Assembly: GCF_037042905.1 (NCBI RefSeq)
Contig: NC_087245.1
Location: 44,022,001-44,086,000 of the forward strand
Reading direction: 5' to 3'
Origin: Lytechinus pictus
Lineage: Eukaryota
DNA length: 64,000 nucleotides
This document shows, piece after piece, positions 36,901-51,882 of this stretch. A program made the position numbers and the translations under genes. The notes under the pieces were generated by a model, which was not told where the DNA came from, searched no databases, and saw only the letters and a program-made list of their open reading frames with translations. Position 1 is the first letter of the stretch, and each line of letters opens with the position of its first letter.

Positions 36901-39900
36901 AGAGCACTAGAATGATGGGGGAGCATTAGAATGATGGGAGAGCACTAGAATGATGGGAGAGCATTAGAATGATGGGGGAGCACTAGAATGATGGGAGAGC
37001 ATTAGAATGATGGGAGAGCACTAGAATGATGGGGGAGCATTAGAATGATGGGAGAGCACTAGAATGATGGGAGAGCATTAGAATGATGGGGGAGCACTAG
37101 AATGATGGGAGAGCATTAGAATGATGGGAGAGCACTAGAATGATGGGGGAGCACTAGAATGATGGGAGAGCACTAGAATGATGGGAGAGCACTAGAATGA
37201 TGGGAGAGCACTAGAATGATGGGAGAGCACTAGAATGATGGGAGAGCATTAGAATGATGGGAGAGCATTAGAATGATGGGAGAGCATTAGAATGATGGGA
37301 GAGCATTAGAATGATGGGGGAGCATTAGAATGATGGGAGAGCACTAGAATGATGGGAGAGCACTAGAATGATGGGGGAGCACTAGAATGATGGGAGAGCA
37401 TTAGAATGATGGGAGAGCATTAGAATGATGGGGGAGCATTAGAATGATGGGAGAGCACTAGAATGATGGGAGAGCATTTGAATGATGGGAGAGCACTAGA
37501 ATGATGGGGGAGCACTAGAATGATGGGAGAGCACTGGAATGATGGGAGAGCACTAGAATGATGGGAGAGCACTAGAATGATGGGAGAGCACTAGAATGAT
37601 GGGAGAGCATTAGAATGATGGGAGAGCATTAGAATGATGGGGGAGCATTAGAATGATGGGGGAGCATTATAATGATGGGAGAGCATTAGAATGATGGGGG
37701 AGCACTAGAATGATGGGAGAGCATTAGAATGATGGGGGAGCACTAGAATGATGGGAGAGCATTATAATGATAGGAGAGCACTAGAATGATGGGGGAGCAC
37801 TAGAATGATGGGAGAGCATTAGAATGATGGGAGAGCATTAGAATGATGGGAGAGCATTAGAATGATGGGAGAGCATTAGAATGATGGGAGAGCATTAGAA
37901 TGATGGGAGAGCATTAGAATGATGGGAGAGCATTAGAATGATGGGAGAGCATTAGAATGATGGGGGAGCACTAGAATGATGGGAGAGCATTAGAATGATG
38001 GGGGAGCACTAGAATGATGGGAGAGCATTAGAATGATGGGAGAGCATTAGAATGATGGGGGAGCACTAGAATGATGGGGGAGCATTAGAATGATGGGGGA
38101 GCATTAGAATGATGGGGGAGCACTAGAATGATGGGAGAGCACTAGAATGATGGGAGAGCATTAGAATGATGGGGGAGCACTAGAATGATGGGGTAGCATT
38201 AGAATGATGGGGGAGCATTAGAATGATAGGAGAGCATTAGAATGATGGGGGAGCACTAGAATGATGGGAGAGCATTAGAATGATGGGGGAGCACTAGAAT
38301 GATGGGGGAGCATTAGAATGATGGGGGAGCATTAGAATGATAGGAGAGCATTAGAATGACTTGGAGAGCATTAGAATGATGGGGGAGCATTAGAATGATG
38401 GGGGAGCACTAGAATGATGGGGGAGCACTAGAATGATGGGGGAGCACTAGAATGATGGGGGAGCATTAGAATGATGGGAGAGCATTAGAATGATGGGGGA
38501 GCACTAGAATGATGGGAGAGCATTAGAATGATGGGAGAGCATTAGAATGATGGGAGAGCATTAGAATGATGGGAGAGCATTAGAATGATGGGGGAGCACT
38601 AGAATGATGGGAGAGCATTAGAATGATGGGAGAGCATTAGAATGATGGGGGAGCACTAGAATGATGGGGTAGCATTAGAATGATGGGGGAGCATTAGAAT
38701 GATAGGAGAGCATTAGAATGACTTGGAGAGCATTAGAATGATGGGGGAGCATTAGAATGATGGGGGAGCACTAGAATGATGGGGGAGCACTAGAATGATG
38801 GGGGAGCACTATAGAATGATGATAGAGCATTAGAATGATGGGAGAGCACTAGAATGATGGGGGAGCATTAGAATGATGGGAGAGCATTAGAATGATAGGA
38901 GAGCATTAGAATGATGGGGGAGCACTAGAATGATGGGAGAGCACTAGAATGATGGGGGAGCATTAGAATGATGGGAGAGCATTAGAATGATGGGGGAGCA
39001 CTAGAATGATGGGAGAGCACTAGAATGATGGGGGAGCACTAGAATGATGGGAGAGCATTAGAATGATGGGAGAGCATTAGAATGATGGGGGAGCACTAGA
39101 ATGATGGGAGAGCATTAGAATGATGGGGGAGCACTAGAATGATGGGAGAGCACTAGAATGATGGGGGAGCATTAGAATGATGGGAGAGCATTAGAATGAT
39201 AGGAGAGCATTAGAATGATGGGGGAGCACTAGAATGATGGGGGAGCACTAGAATGATGGGAGAGCACTAGAATGATGGGAGAGCATTAGAATGATGGGAG
39301 AGCACTAGAATGATGGGGGAGCACTAGAATGATGGGGGAGCACTAGAATGATGGGAGAGCATTAGAATGATGGGAGAGCATTAAAATGATGTGAGAGCAC
39401 TAAAATGATGGGAGAGCATTAGAATGATGGGAGAGCATTAAAATGATGTGAGAGCACTAGAATGATGGGGGAGCACTAGAATGATGGGAGAGCACTAGAA
39501 TGATGGGAGAGCACTAGAATGATGGGGGAGCACTAGAATGATGGGAGAGCACTAGAATGATGGGAGAGCACTAGAATGATGGGGGAGCACTAGAATGATG
39601 GGAGAGCACTAGAATGATGGGAGAGCACTAGAATGATGGGGGAGCACTAGAATGATGGGGGAGCACTATAGAATGATGATAGAGCATTAGAATGATGGGA
39701 GAGCACTAGAATGATGGGGGAGCATTAGAATGATGGGAGAGCATTAGAATGATAGGAGAGCATTAGAATGATGGGGGAGCATTAGAATGATGGGAGAGCA
39801 TTAGAATGATGGGAGAGCACTAGAATGATGGGGGAGCACTAGAATGATGGGGGAGCACTAGAATGATGGGGGAGCACTAGAATGATGGGAGAGCATTAGA

Positions 39901-42900
39901 ATGATGGGAGAGCATTAAAATGATGTGAGAGCACTAAAATGATGGGAGAGCATTAGAATGATGGGAGAGCATTAAAATGATGTGAGAGCACTAAAATGAT
40001 GGGAGAGCATTAGAATGATGGGGGAGCACTAGAATGATGGGAGAGCATTAGAATGATGGGAGAGCCTTAAAATGATGTGAGAGCACTAAAATGATGGGAG
40101 AGCATTAGAATGATGTGAGAGCACTAGAATGATGATAGAGCATTAGAATGATGGGAGAGCACTAGAATGATGGGGGAGCACTAGAATGATGGGGGAGCAC
40201 TAGAATGATGGGGGAGCACTAGAATGATGGGAGAGCACTAGAATGATGGGAGAGCACTAGAATGATGGGGGAGCATTAGAATGATGATAGAGCATTAGAA
40301 TGATGGGAGAGCACTAGAATGATGGGGGAGCACTAGAATGATGGGGGAGCATTAGAATGATGGGGGAGCACTAGAATGATGGGAGAGCACTAGAATGATG
40401 GGGGAGCATTAGAATGATGGGGGAGCACTAGAATGATGGGAGAGCACTAGAATGATGGGAGAGCACTAGAATGATGGGGGAGCATTAGAATGATGGGGGA
40501 GCACTAGAATGATGGGAGAGCACTAGAATGATGGGAGAGCACTAGAATGATGGGGGAGCATTAGAATGATGGGAGAGCACTAGAATGATGGGAGAGCACT
40601 AGAATGATGGGGGAGCACTAGAATGATGGGGGAGCACTATAGAATGATGATAGAGCATTAGAATGATGGGAGAGCACTAGAATGATGGGGGAGCATTAGA
40701 ATGATGGGAGAGCATTAGAATGATAGGAGAGCATTAGAATGATGGGGGAGCATTAGAATGATGGGGGAGCACTAGAATGATGGGGGAGCACTAGAATGAT
40801 GGGGGAGCACTAGAATGATGGGGGAGCACTAGAATGATGGGGGAGCACTAGAATGATGGGAGAGCATTAGAATGATGGGAGAGCACTAAAATGATGTGAG
40901 AGCACTAAAATGATGGGAGAGCATTAGAATGATGGGAGAGCATTAAAATGATGTGAGAGCACTAAAATGATGGGAGAGCATTAGAATGATGGGGGAGCAC
41001 TAGAATGATGGGAGAGCATTAGAATGATGGGAGAGCCTTAAAATGATGTGAGAGCACTAAAATGATGGGAGAGCATTAGAATGATGTGAGAGCACTAGAA
41101 TGATGATAGAGCATTAGAATGATGGGAGAGCACTAGAATGATGGGGGAGCACTAGAATGATGGGGGAGCACTAGAATGATGGGGGAGCACTAGAATGATG
41201 GGGGAGCACTAGAATGATGGGGGAGCACTAGAATGATGGGAGAGCACTAGAATGATGGGAGAGCACTAGAATGATGGGGGAGCATTAGAATGATGATAGA
41301 GCATTAGAATGATGGGAGAGCACTAGAATGATGGGGGAGCACTAGAATGATGGGGGAGCATTAGAATGATGGGGGAGCACTAGAATGATGGGAGAGCACT
41401 AGAATGATGGGAGAGCACTAGAATGATGGGGGAGCATTAGAATGATGGGAGAGCACTAGAATGATGGGGGAGCACTAGAATGATGGGAGAGCACTAGAAT
41501 GATGGGGGAGCACTAGAATGATGGGGGAGCACTAGAATGATGGGGGAGCACTAGAATGATGGGAGAGCACTAGAATGATGGGAGAGCACTAGAATGATGG
41601 GAGAGCATTAGAATGATGGGGGAGCACTAGAATGATGGGAGAGCACTAGAATGATGGGGGAGCACTAGAATGATGGGGGAGCACTAGAATGATGGGGGAG
41701 CACTAGAATGATGGGGGAGCACTAGAATGATGGGAGAGCACTAGAACGATGGGAGAGCACTAGAATGATGGGGGAGCATTAGAATGATGGGGGAGCACTA
41801 GAATGATGGGAGAGCACTAGAATGATGGGGGAGCACTAGAATGATGGGGGAGCACTAGAATGATGGGAGAGCACTAGAATGATGGGGGAGCACTAGAATG
41901 ATGGGAGAGCACTAGAATGATGGGAGAGCACTAGAATGATGGGGGAGCACTAGAATGATGGGGGAGCACTATAGAATGATGATAGAGCATTAGAATGATG
42001 GGAGAGCACTAGAATGATGGGGGAGCATTAGAATGATGGGAGAGCATTAGAATGATAGGAGAGCATTAGAATGATGGGGGAGCATTAGAATGATGGGAGA
42101 GCATTAGAATGATGGGAGAGCACTAGAATGATGGGAGAGCACTAGAATGATGGGGGAGCACTAGAATGATGATAGAGCATTAGAATGATGGGAGAGCATT
42201 AGAATGATGGGGGAGCACTAGAATGATGGGGGAGCACTAGAATGATGGGGGAGCACTAGAATGATGGGGAGCACTAGAATGATGGGAGAGCATTAGAATG
42301 ATGGGAGAGCATTAAAATGATGTGAGAGCACTAAAATGATGGGAGAGCATTAGAATGATGGGAGAGCATTAAAATGATGTGAGAGCACTAAAATGATGGG
42401 AGAGCATTAGAATGATGGGGGAGCACTAGAATGATGGGAGAGCATTAGAATGATGGGAGAGCATTAAAATGATGTGAGAGCACTAAAATGATGGGAGAGC
42501 ATTAGAATGATGTGAGAGCACTAGAATGATGATAGAGCATTAGAATGATGGGAGAGCACTAGAATGATGGGGGAGCACTAGAATGATGGGGGAGCATTAG
42601 AATGATGGGAGAGCATTAGAATGATGGGAGAGCATTAGAATGATGGGAGAGCATTAGAATGATGGGGGAGCACTAGAATGATGGGGGAGCACTAGAATGA
42701 TGGGGGAGCACTAGAATGATGGGAGAGCACTAGAATGATGGGAGAGCACTAGAATGATGGGGGAGCATTAGAATGATGATAGAGCATTAGAATGATGGGA
42801 GAGCACTAGAATGATGGGAGAGCATTAAAATGATGTGAGAGCACTAAAATGATGGGAGAGCATTAGAATGATGTGAGAGCACTAGAATGATGATAGAGCA

Positions 42901-45900
42901 TTAGAATGATGGGAGAGCACTAGAATGATGGGGGAGCACTAGAATGATGGGGGAGCATTAGAATGATGGGAGAGCACTAGAATGATGGGAGAGCATTAGA
43001 ATGATGGGAGAGCATTAGAATGATGATAGAGCATTAGAATGATGGGAGAGCATTAGAATGATGGGAGAGCACTAGAATGATGGGAGAGCACTAGAATGAT
43101 GGGGGAGCACTAGAATGATGGGGGAGCATTAGAATGATGGGAGAGCACTAGAATGATGGGAGAGCACTAGAATGATGGGGGAGCATTAGAATGATGATAG
43201 AGCATTAGAATGATGGGAGAGCACTAGAATGATGGGGGAGCACTAGAATGATGGGGGAGCATTAGAATGATGGGAGAGCACTAGAATGATGGGAGAGCAC
43301 TAGAATGATGGGGGAGCATTAGAATGATGATAGAGCATTAGAATGATGGGAGAGCACTAGAATGATGGGGGAGCACTAGAATGATGGGGGAGCACTAGAA
43401 TGATGGGAGAGCACTAGAATGATGGGGGAGCACTAGAATGATGATAGAGCATTAGAATGATGGGAGAGCACTAGAATGATGGGGGAGCATTAGAATGATG
43501 GGAGAGCATTATAATGATGGGAGAGCACTAGAATGATGGGGGAGCACTAGAATGATGATAGAGCATTATAATGATGGGAGAGCACTAGAATGATGGGAGA
43601 GCATTAGAATGATGGGGGAGCATTAGAATGATGGGAGAGCATTAGAATGATGGGAGAGCATTAGAATGATAGGAGAGCATTAGAATGATGGGGGAGCATT
43701 AGAATGATGGGGGAGCACTAGAATGATGGGAGAGCATTATAATGATGGGAGAGCACTAGAATGATGGGGGAGCACTAGAATGATGATAGAGCATTAGAAT
43801 GATGGGAGAGCACTAGAATGATGGGGGAGCATTAGAATGATGGGAGAGCATTAGAATGATAGGAGAGCATTAGAATAATGGGAGAGCATTAGAATGATAG
43901 GAGAGCATTAGAATGATGGGGGAGCATTAGAATGATGGGAGAGCATTAGAATGATAGGAGAGCATTAGAATGATAGGAGAGCATTAGAATGATAGGAGAG
44001 CATTAGAATGATAGGAGAGCATTAGAATGATGAGGTAGCATTAGAATGATGGGAGAGCATTAGAATGATAGGAGAGCATTAGAATGATAGGAGAGCATTA
44101 GAATGATAGGAGAGCATTAGAATGATAGGAGAGCATTAGAATGATAGGAGAGCATTAGAATGATAGGAGAGCATTAGAATGATGGGAGAGCATTATAATG
44201 ATATGAGAGCATTAGAATGATAGGAGAGCATTAGAATGATGAGGTAGCATTAGAATGATGGGAGAGCATTAGAATGATAGGAGAGCATTAGAATGATGGG
44301 AGAGCATTAGAATGATAGGAGAGCATTAGAATGATGAGGTAGCATTAGAATGATGGGAGAGCATTAGAATGATAGGAGAGCATTAGAATGATGAGGTAGC
44401 ATTAGAATGATGGGAGAGCATTAGAATGATAGGAGAGCATTAGAATGATGGGAGAGCATTAGAATGATAGGAGAGCATTAGAATGATAGGAGAGCATTAG
44501 AATGATAGGAGAGCATTAGAATGATAGGAGAGCATTAGAATGATGAGGTAGCATTAGAATGATGGGAGAGCATTAGAATGATGGGAGAGCATTAGAATGA
44601 TAGGAGAGCATTAGAATGATGAGGTAGCATTAGAATGATGGGAGAGCATTAGAATGATAGGAGAGCATTAGAATGATGGGAGAGCACTAGAATGATGGGG
44701 GAGCATTAGAATGATGGGAGAGCATTAGAATGATAGGAGAGCATTAGAATAATGGGAGAGCATTAGAATGATAGGAGAGCATTATAATGATAGGAGAGCA
44801 TTAGAATGATAGGAGAGCATTAGAATGATAGGAGAGCATTAGAATGATGAGGTAGCATTAGAATGATGGGAGAGCATTAGAATGATAGGAGAGCATTAGA
44901 ATGATAGGAGAGCATTAGAATGATAGGAGAGCATTAGAATGATAGGAGAGCATTAGAATGATAGGAGAGCATTAGAATGATAGGAGAGCATTAGAATGAT
45001 GGGAGAGCATTATAATGATATGAGAGCATTAGAATGATAGGAGAGCATTAGAATGATGAGGTAGCATTAGAATGATGGGAGAGCATTAGAATGATAGGAG
45101 AGCATTAGAATGATGGGAGAGCATTAGAATGATAGGAGAGCATTAGAATGATGAGGTAGCATTAGAATGATGGGAGAGCATTAGAATGATAGGAGAGCAT
45201 TAGAATGATGAGGTAGCATTAGAATGATGGGAGAGCATTAGAATGATAGGAGAGCATTAGAATGATGGGAGAGCATTAGAATGATAGGAGAGCATTAGAA
45301 TGATAGGAGAGCATTAGAATGATAGGAGAGCATTAGAATGATAGGAGAGCATTAGAATGATGAGGTAGCATTAGAATGATGGGAGAGCATTAGAATGATA
45401 TGAGAGCATTAGAATGATAGGAGAGCATTAGAATGATGAGGTAGCATTAGAATGATAGGAGAGCATTAGAATGATGAGGTAGCATTAGAATGATGGGAGA
45501 GCATTAGAATGATAGGAGAGCATTAGAATGATGAGGTAGCATTAGAATGATGGGAGAGCATTAGAATGATAGGAGAGCATTAGAATGATGGGAGAGCATT
45601 AGAATGATAGGAGAGCATTAGAATGATAGGAGAGCATTAGAATGATAGGAGAGCATTAGAATGATAGGAGAGCATTAGAATGATGAGGTAGCATTAGAAT
45701 GATGGGGGAGCATTAGAATGATAGGAGAGCATTAGAATGATAGGAGAGCATTAGAATGATAGGAGAGCATTAGAATGATAGGAGAGCATTAGAATGATGG
45801 GAGAGCATTATAATGATATGAGAGCATTAGAATGATAGGAGAGCATTAGAATGATGGGGGAGCATTAGAATGATAGGAGAGCATTAGAATGATAGGAGAG

Positions 45901-46330
45901 CATTAGAATGATGGGGGAGCATTAGAATGATAGGAGAGCATTAGAATGATAGGAGAGCATTAGAATGATAGGAGAGCATTAGAATGATAGGAGAGCATTA
46001 GAATGATGGGAGAGCATTATAATGATATGAGAGCATTAGAATGATAGGAGAGCATTAGAATGATGGGGGAGCATTAGAATGATAGGAGAGCATTAGAATG
46101 ATGGGGGAGCATTAGAATGAATTGGAGAGCATTAGAATGATGGGAGAGCATTAGAATGATGGGGGAGCATTAGAATGATAGGAGAGCATTAGAATGATGG
46201 GGGAGCATTAGAATGAATTGGAGAGCATTAGAATGATGGGGTAGTATTAGAATGATGGGGTAGCATTAGAATGATGGGTAGCATTAGAATGATGGGGGAG
46301 CATTAGAATGATGGGGTATTATAATTATGG
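30975..46330 (+). repeat. 19-bp satellite, ~15.3 kb, ~800 copies
   Basis: Consensus GAGCAYTAGAATGATGGGR; 19-bp period checked directly; uninterrupted array. Confidence 0.98.
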
Positions 46331-47087
46331 TGAAAATTATGTAAAAACCTTGACATTCGAACTGCTTCATTATTTTTCAACCGATTCTCGTGAAATATGG
46401 CTCACACATCGCCTATGTGGTAAAGATGGGCAAGAGACATCTTTTAATGCATTCGCCTGACATTTTGCTGCCATGGTAACCACAAACCATAGGCAGAAAT
46501 GCAGGAAAAATCCTTTTGGATCAAACTTCTTTTCAGTTTTTAGCCATGGCTACTTTTCAGTTTTTAACCATGAAAATGCTCATAAAAGTTGGCACAAAAT
46601 CCTTTTCATTTTGGGTAAAGAATCCAGCCTTGGTCATAAAATGTTGTGTTGCATGGAAAGGAAAAAAAAAGAAAACATAAGTGTGAAAGTTTGAAAGAAA
46701 TCGGATAAGCAAAACAAGTTATGGCTGCTTCAAAATTAAGCTCCTATTAAAGACAAAGTAGATTTGAAATTGGCAACTGGGTAAGTAAATTATGACAAGG
46801 CGACAAGGACAGCTTTTCCATAGGCCTTGTATTTTATTATCAGGATTTGTGGTTTTCTTGTAAGTACATATTCCATTGGGGCCGTAATATGAATATAAAC
46901 CAGGTAGTATATTTCTGTTTCTGTTTATGGTAACTCCTGTAGGAACTCGGTAGGACAGCCGAGTTGTTTTATAACATCATGAAAGAAATTCAGATAAAAT
47001 TTCATTTAAAACTTTTGAAGAAAAAACCCCCCAACATTTTAGCCATTTGTACATGGAAGAGTAGTCCTTGCCTTACATCACTATGAC

Positions 47088-49860
47088 GGTATCAGGACAA
47101 CTACCCCCTGGACAATCACCCCCCGGACAACTACCCCCCGGACAATTACCCCCCGGGGACAACTACCCCCCGGACAACTACCCCCCGGACAATTACCCCC
47201 CGGACAACTACTCCCCGGACAACTACCCCCCGGACAATTACCCCCCGGACAATTACCCCTAGACAAAGGGAGTGCACAGAGTCATACGTCGGCCATACGT
47301 TTGATGTAAGAAGTACTCAAGGCATTCTCGAGTATCTTGGAATCAAACGTACGCCGTAAGAAAGCTGTAAAATTGAGCTCCATCCATAGGCAGATCCAGG
47401 GGTTGAGGGCCCCCCCCCCCCTATCGGCAGAGCAAAAAAATGAAGAAAAAAAAGGGGGAAAGAAAAAAAGAAAAAGAAGGGGAAAGAAAGGAGGAAAAAT
47501 AAGAGTTAAAATAAGAGGGAGACGAGTGAAAAAAAAGGTCAGGGGATGACTTGGAAAATGATTTAAAAATATATTTCATGTCACTTTATTATTTTTTTCG
47601 CTCGCGCTTCGGGCTCGCATAGCCTGTTCGATGAGATACACATTTTGCTAAATAGGCTGATATGTAGCTTAAAATGTCAAGTTTTGAAGTTGATATTACA
47701 AAGCATATTTCAGCTCGGACATTATTCATAATTTAGTTTGATTTACAAACTGATTTTTAAGTGCTCTGTTTCATGTTCGTTTTATGGTGTGAATATAACT
47801 TGCAAATTGCGCTGTGCGCTCGCATTATTTGATTTGCCAAATTATATAACAAACTACTTAAAACCCCCCTTTTATGACAGTTTACCAAAAATTTCGACAT
47901 ACGATTTGCGCTCGCATTTTTGTTAAAAATATATCAACTCACAAATCCTATTCATGATTACAAAAGTGCTTAAAATATCAAGTTTTCAGGCCTCAGTGTC
48001 AACACATTTTACTCACTCATTTAGGCTTATACATTAATAAATATGATAATAAAATTTTCATGAATTCTTAATGACTAAATTGTCCCTTTTCAGGAAAGAA
48101 TATCGACAATATCACAGTTTCATATGTTTCATATCGCACTCAGGAAGAGGAATAAGAAAGTTGTCATCATTTTCATATGATGACAAAATGTCCTTAGACC
48201 TATAGAATGTCCAGGTCCTAGGTCAAAATAATAATGAAGATATCAGCTCGCGCTTCACACTCGCATCATTTATTAAGTGCTTTCCAAATCTACTTCACAA
48301 TTTCCCTACACAATGCTTTAGATAGTGCTCAAATTCACCATTTTCATACCGGAATATCAAGTATTTTCCGTTCACGCTTCGCGCTCGCATTGCTTTTTCG
48401 ATGAGATTAATATCTTGCTCAATATAGGCTGATATGGAGCTTAAAATATCAAGTTTCGAAGCCAATATACAAAACATATTTCATCTCGGATATCGAGCTT
48501 TCATTATTTGAAAATTTGCAAATTGATTTTTCAAGTGCTCTGTAAAATGTCCGTTTTATGGTCTAAATATTAATATTTTCAGCTCACGGTGCGCGGTCGC
48601 ATTATTTGATTTGCATAGGCCTACTTCTTTATAAATTCTTACAAACCGTCCTTAAAATGCACCTTAAACGAATTGTTTACCATCATGATTGTCAATTTGT
48701 ATACAAAAAACACTGTATTTGAATATGTCATATTGTTTACAATTTAGTAAATTTGGTACTTAATTTCCTTCTTTAATGTTTAATTGCTTTCACCCAAGAA
48801 TACTACACACAAAAACACCTTGTAATTTACAAGGTGTTCTTGTGTGTATTGTCTTTGCTTTAAGTTTTTTAGCTTACTGTATTAAGTTATAAAGCCACAT
48901 CTTAATCTGGAATGTGCACCAAAGTCCAATTGTTTCATAATTCTTAGCTTCTTGTTAGTTGAACTGTTAAAAAAAACAGATTAATAGGTCTACTTGACAG
49001 TGTTAGTGTTCATAGTTGCGTTATCGACTTTCAATATTTCTACCTATAAAGGTGTTTTTTTAACGATTTATCTATTTGCCTGATTTCTCACCTGAAATTA
49101 AACCCAAAATAAATATTCAAAAAGATCAGATCAGTTGGAATCAAAAATATTCAGCATTTGTGATTATTATGACTCATCGTGTTCAATTGTTCTATGAAAA
49201 CTTAGAATGAGGGCCAGTTTACAAATTTTCTGATGTATATATGCATAGCCAAACGGGAGGTTTCGGGTGCAAGCCCCCCCCCCCCCTCCCATTTTTCATG
49301 ATGCAGAAGGCGCCGCTAAACAAAAAAGGAAAAAAGAAGAAAGTGAGAGAACAGGAGAAAGAGCAATAGATAAAAGAGAAAGAAAAAGTTATACACGTAA
49401 GATGAAGTAGAAAATATTTCGGAAAGCTGCGCCACCGACCAAAACTTACAATGGGTCCCGCTTAATTCTAACATTGATGCTGGAGAGAAGGGGGGATTTT
49501 CTGAAGGTAATTGTCTGGGGGGTAATTGTCCGGGGGGTAGTTGTCCGGGGGGTAGTTGTCCGGGGGTAATTGTCCGGGGGGTAATTGTCCTCGGGGGGTA
49601 GTTGTCCTCGGGGGGTAATTGTCCGGGGGGTAATTGTCCGGGGGGTAATTGTCCGGGGGGTAGTTGTCCGGGGGGTAGTTGTCCGGGGGGTAGTTGTCCG
49701 GGGGGTAGTTGTCCGGGGGGTAGTTGTCCGGGGGGTAATTGTCCTCGGGGGGTAATTGTCCGGGGGGTAATTGTCCGGGGGGTAATTGTCCTCGGGGGGT
49801 AATTGTCCGGGGGGTAGTTGTCCGGGGGGTGATTGTCCAGGGGGTAGTTGTCCTAGAACC
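47088..49860. mobile_element. Foldback (Mutator-like / TU-like) element with 15-bp tandem-repeat TIRs and 9-bp TSD
   Basis: TSD CACTATGAC at 47079-47087 and 49861-49869. Left arm (GGACAAYTACCCCCC)n at ~47095-47260; right arm is its reverse complement at ~49505-49853. No transposase ORF. Confidence 0.9.
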
Positions 49861-51631
49861 CACTATGACATCACATATGCGGCCAATTTGAAGTCTCCGT
49901 GGGTATAGTGATTACCACAACTTTTAAATATTCACAACTTTCTTTTTGTTTGTCCGATGTTGTTCAAACCTTTACGTATAAACTTATCTGATTTTTCTTT
50001 TTCCTCTAAAAACAAGTTTTTATTTGGGCTCGATTCCCCTATAACGTCATAGCGCAGCTAGGTATTGATCACCTTCAGTGATATTTCTGGGTTCTTTTCG
50101 TGGCGGAGGAGGTCCTTTAACTGACAACATAAAAATATAGAAGGCAAAGGCCATGGCCGTTAGGAACCTAAACACTCTTAGAATAAGCACCCCCTCCAAC
50201 TTTTTCTTTTTTTCTTTAGAAAATGACCACATAAGAGTAAATTTTAAAGTTAAATGATTACGACTATAGGAACTTGACCTTACCCCCCCCCCCCAAAAAA
50301 AAGGTTAGAAAATGATCCTTTGCACTTCTATCAGAGTATTGATTTAAAGTTTAAAATATTCTGCTATGATAAAAGGTCGTTTACAGTGCCCAATTAATTA
50401 TTGTTTTCAGTGGCGTAACTACGGGGGGCATGGGGGGCACGCCCCCCCCCCCCATCGGCTGACAAAAAAAAACGGGGAAAAGGAGAAAAAGAGGGAGAGA
50501 GGAAGAGAAACGTAATGGGAAAGAAGAAATTATTGTTCATTATGATGTTATATTATATTATAATTATGTTATATTGCATAAGAAACTTTTTTTTTCACAT
50601 TTTTATGAAACATAATTTGATTAGGGCCTATGTCTTCATTGTTCCTGGTGCTCGCAATGTCTGTTAAACTTTAACGAGATATATAATCCTGTTGTACTAA
50701 AACATCCCATTTGCAATATACTTCCTCGCAATTCGAGTAATCATTGTTTTATGTACAATAGTATATGCTTCTTTTTCATGACTACTTAAAGTGTTTGCCA
50801 CATTTTAGGTCTTAATACAAAACATTTCTTGTCCGTGCTTATGTTCGCATTAGTGGATTGGTGAGATATGTCTGCTCTCCATGAATTCCTAGAATCAGTC
50901 CTTAAAATTTCCCTTTTTCAGGTCTTTGTTCATCTTCCGTTCCTACTCTGACTTTCTCTTGAGCTTGACCGTACCTTCTCATTTTTCTTAAGTATTTTAA
51001 TCCATTACTATCTAGCAACGATTATTCCGTTTTGAATGCTATACACCTACACCGAAATATAATAACATGACATTTATTTTTTTATATTTTTTTTTCACTC
51101 CGTTTTGGCTACACTCCGTCCTGAATAATACTATTGGCAATATTAAAATGTCTAGTTTAAAGAATTGAAGAAATAATGTCATCGTATTATCTTTTGGTAA
51201 AGATGCATCAAATTCATATTAACAAGGTTGCAGCATTCAGAATGAAATAATTGTTGCTTGATAATAATGGATTTAGTTATTTTCCAAAATTCTCTGAAAA
51301 TCTTAGTTTTATCACTCAGTTTTCCTATAAATTCAGTCACCACCATCTGGAAGGGCCATGGTGATATGACTAGAATATATGCGCAGAGAAATAAAAACCA
51401 TTATTTGCTCAATGAATAGTGAATTAGTTTGTCTTTACTCCAATGGAAAATTGTTTTCCATTTTTATTGGAAAATAACAGTAAGAGTTTGCATCCACCAA
51501 TTCTGCTACTGAAACAAAATATATTTATTTTTTGACAATGGGAGATGTACGGTGTATAAAGCAGGGCAGTCAGAGCTAGAAATATACTGAAAAATATTAA
51601 ATGAAAGAAGATATGCTAAAATCTATTGTGC

Positions 51632-51697
51632 CACTAGCGTACCTACGGGGGGGGGGCAGGGGGGGGCACTCTGCCCCCCCTGACGAGATTTTGAAGA

Positions 51698-51741
<44 letters not shown>

Positions 51742-51787
51742 TGTCAAATTTTTTCTGGTACGAAAATCTTTATTTTGTATTGATGAC

Positions 51788-51818
<31 letters not shown>

Positions 51819-51882
51819 GGCTTGTCAAATTTTTGGGCGGCCAATTTTGCCCCCCCTGTGAAAAATCCTAGGTACGCCACTG
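51632..51882. mobile_element. hAT-like MITE
   Basis: 8-bp TSD TATTGTGC (51624-51631, 51883-51890); imperfect TIRs CACTAGCGTACCTA / TAGGTACGCCACTG. Confidence 0.75.

Noticed and set aside
47068..49863. (PPDNY)n / (PPGQL)n / (CPGGN)n repeat ORFs resembling structural proteins
   Set aside because: They are reading frames of the 15-bp TIR repeats of a TSD-bounded element, present in both orientations.
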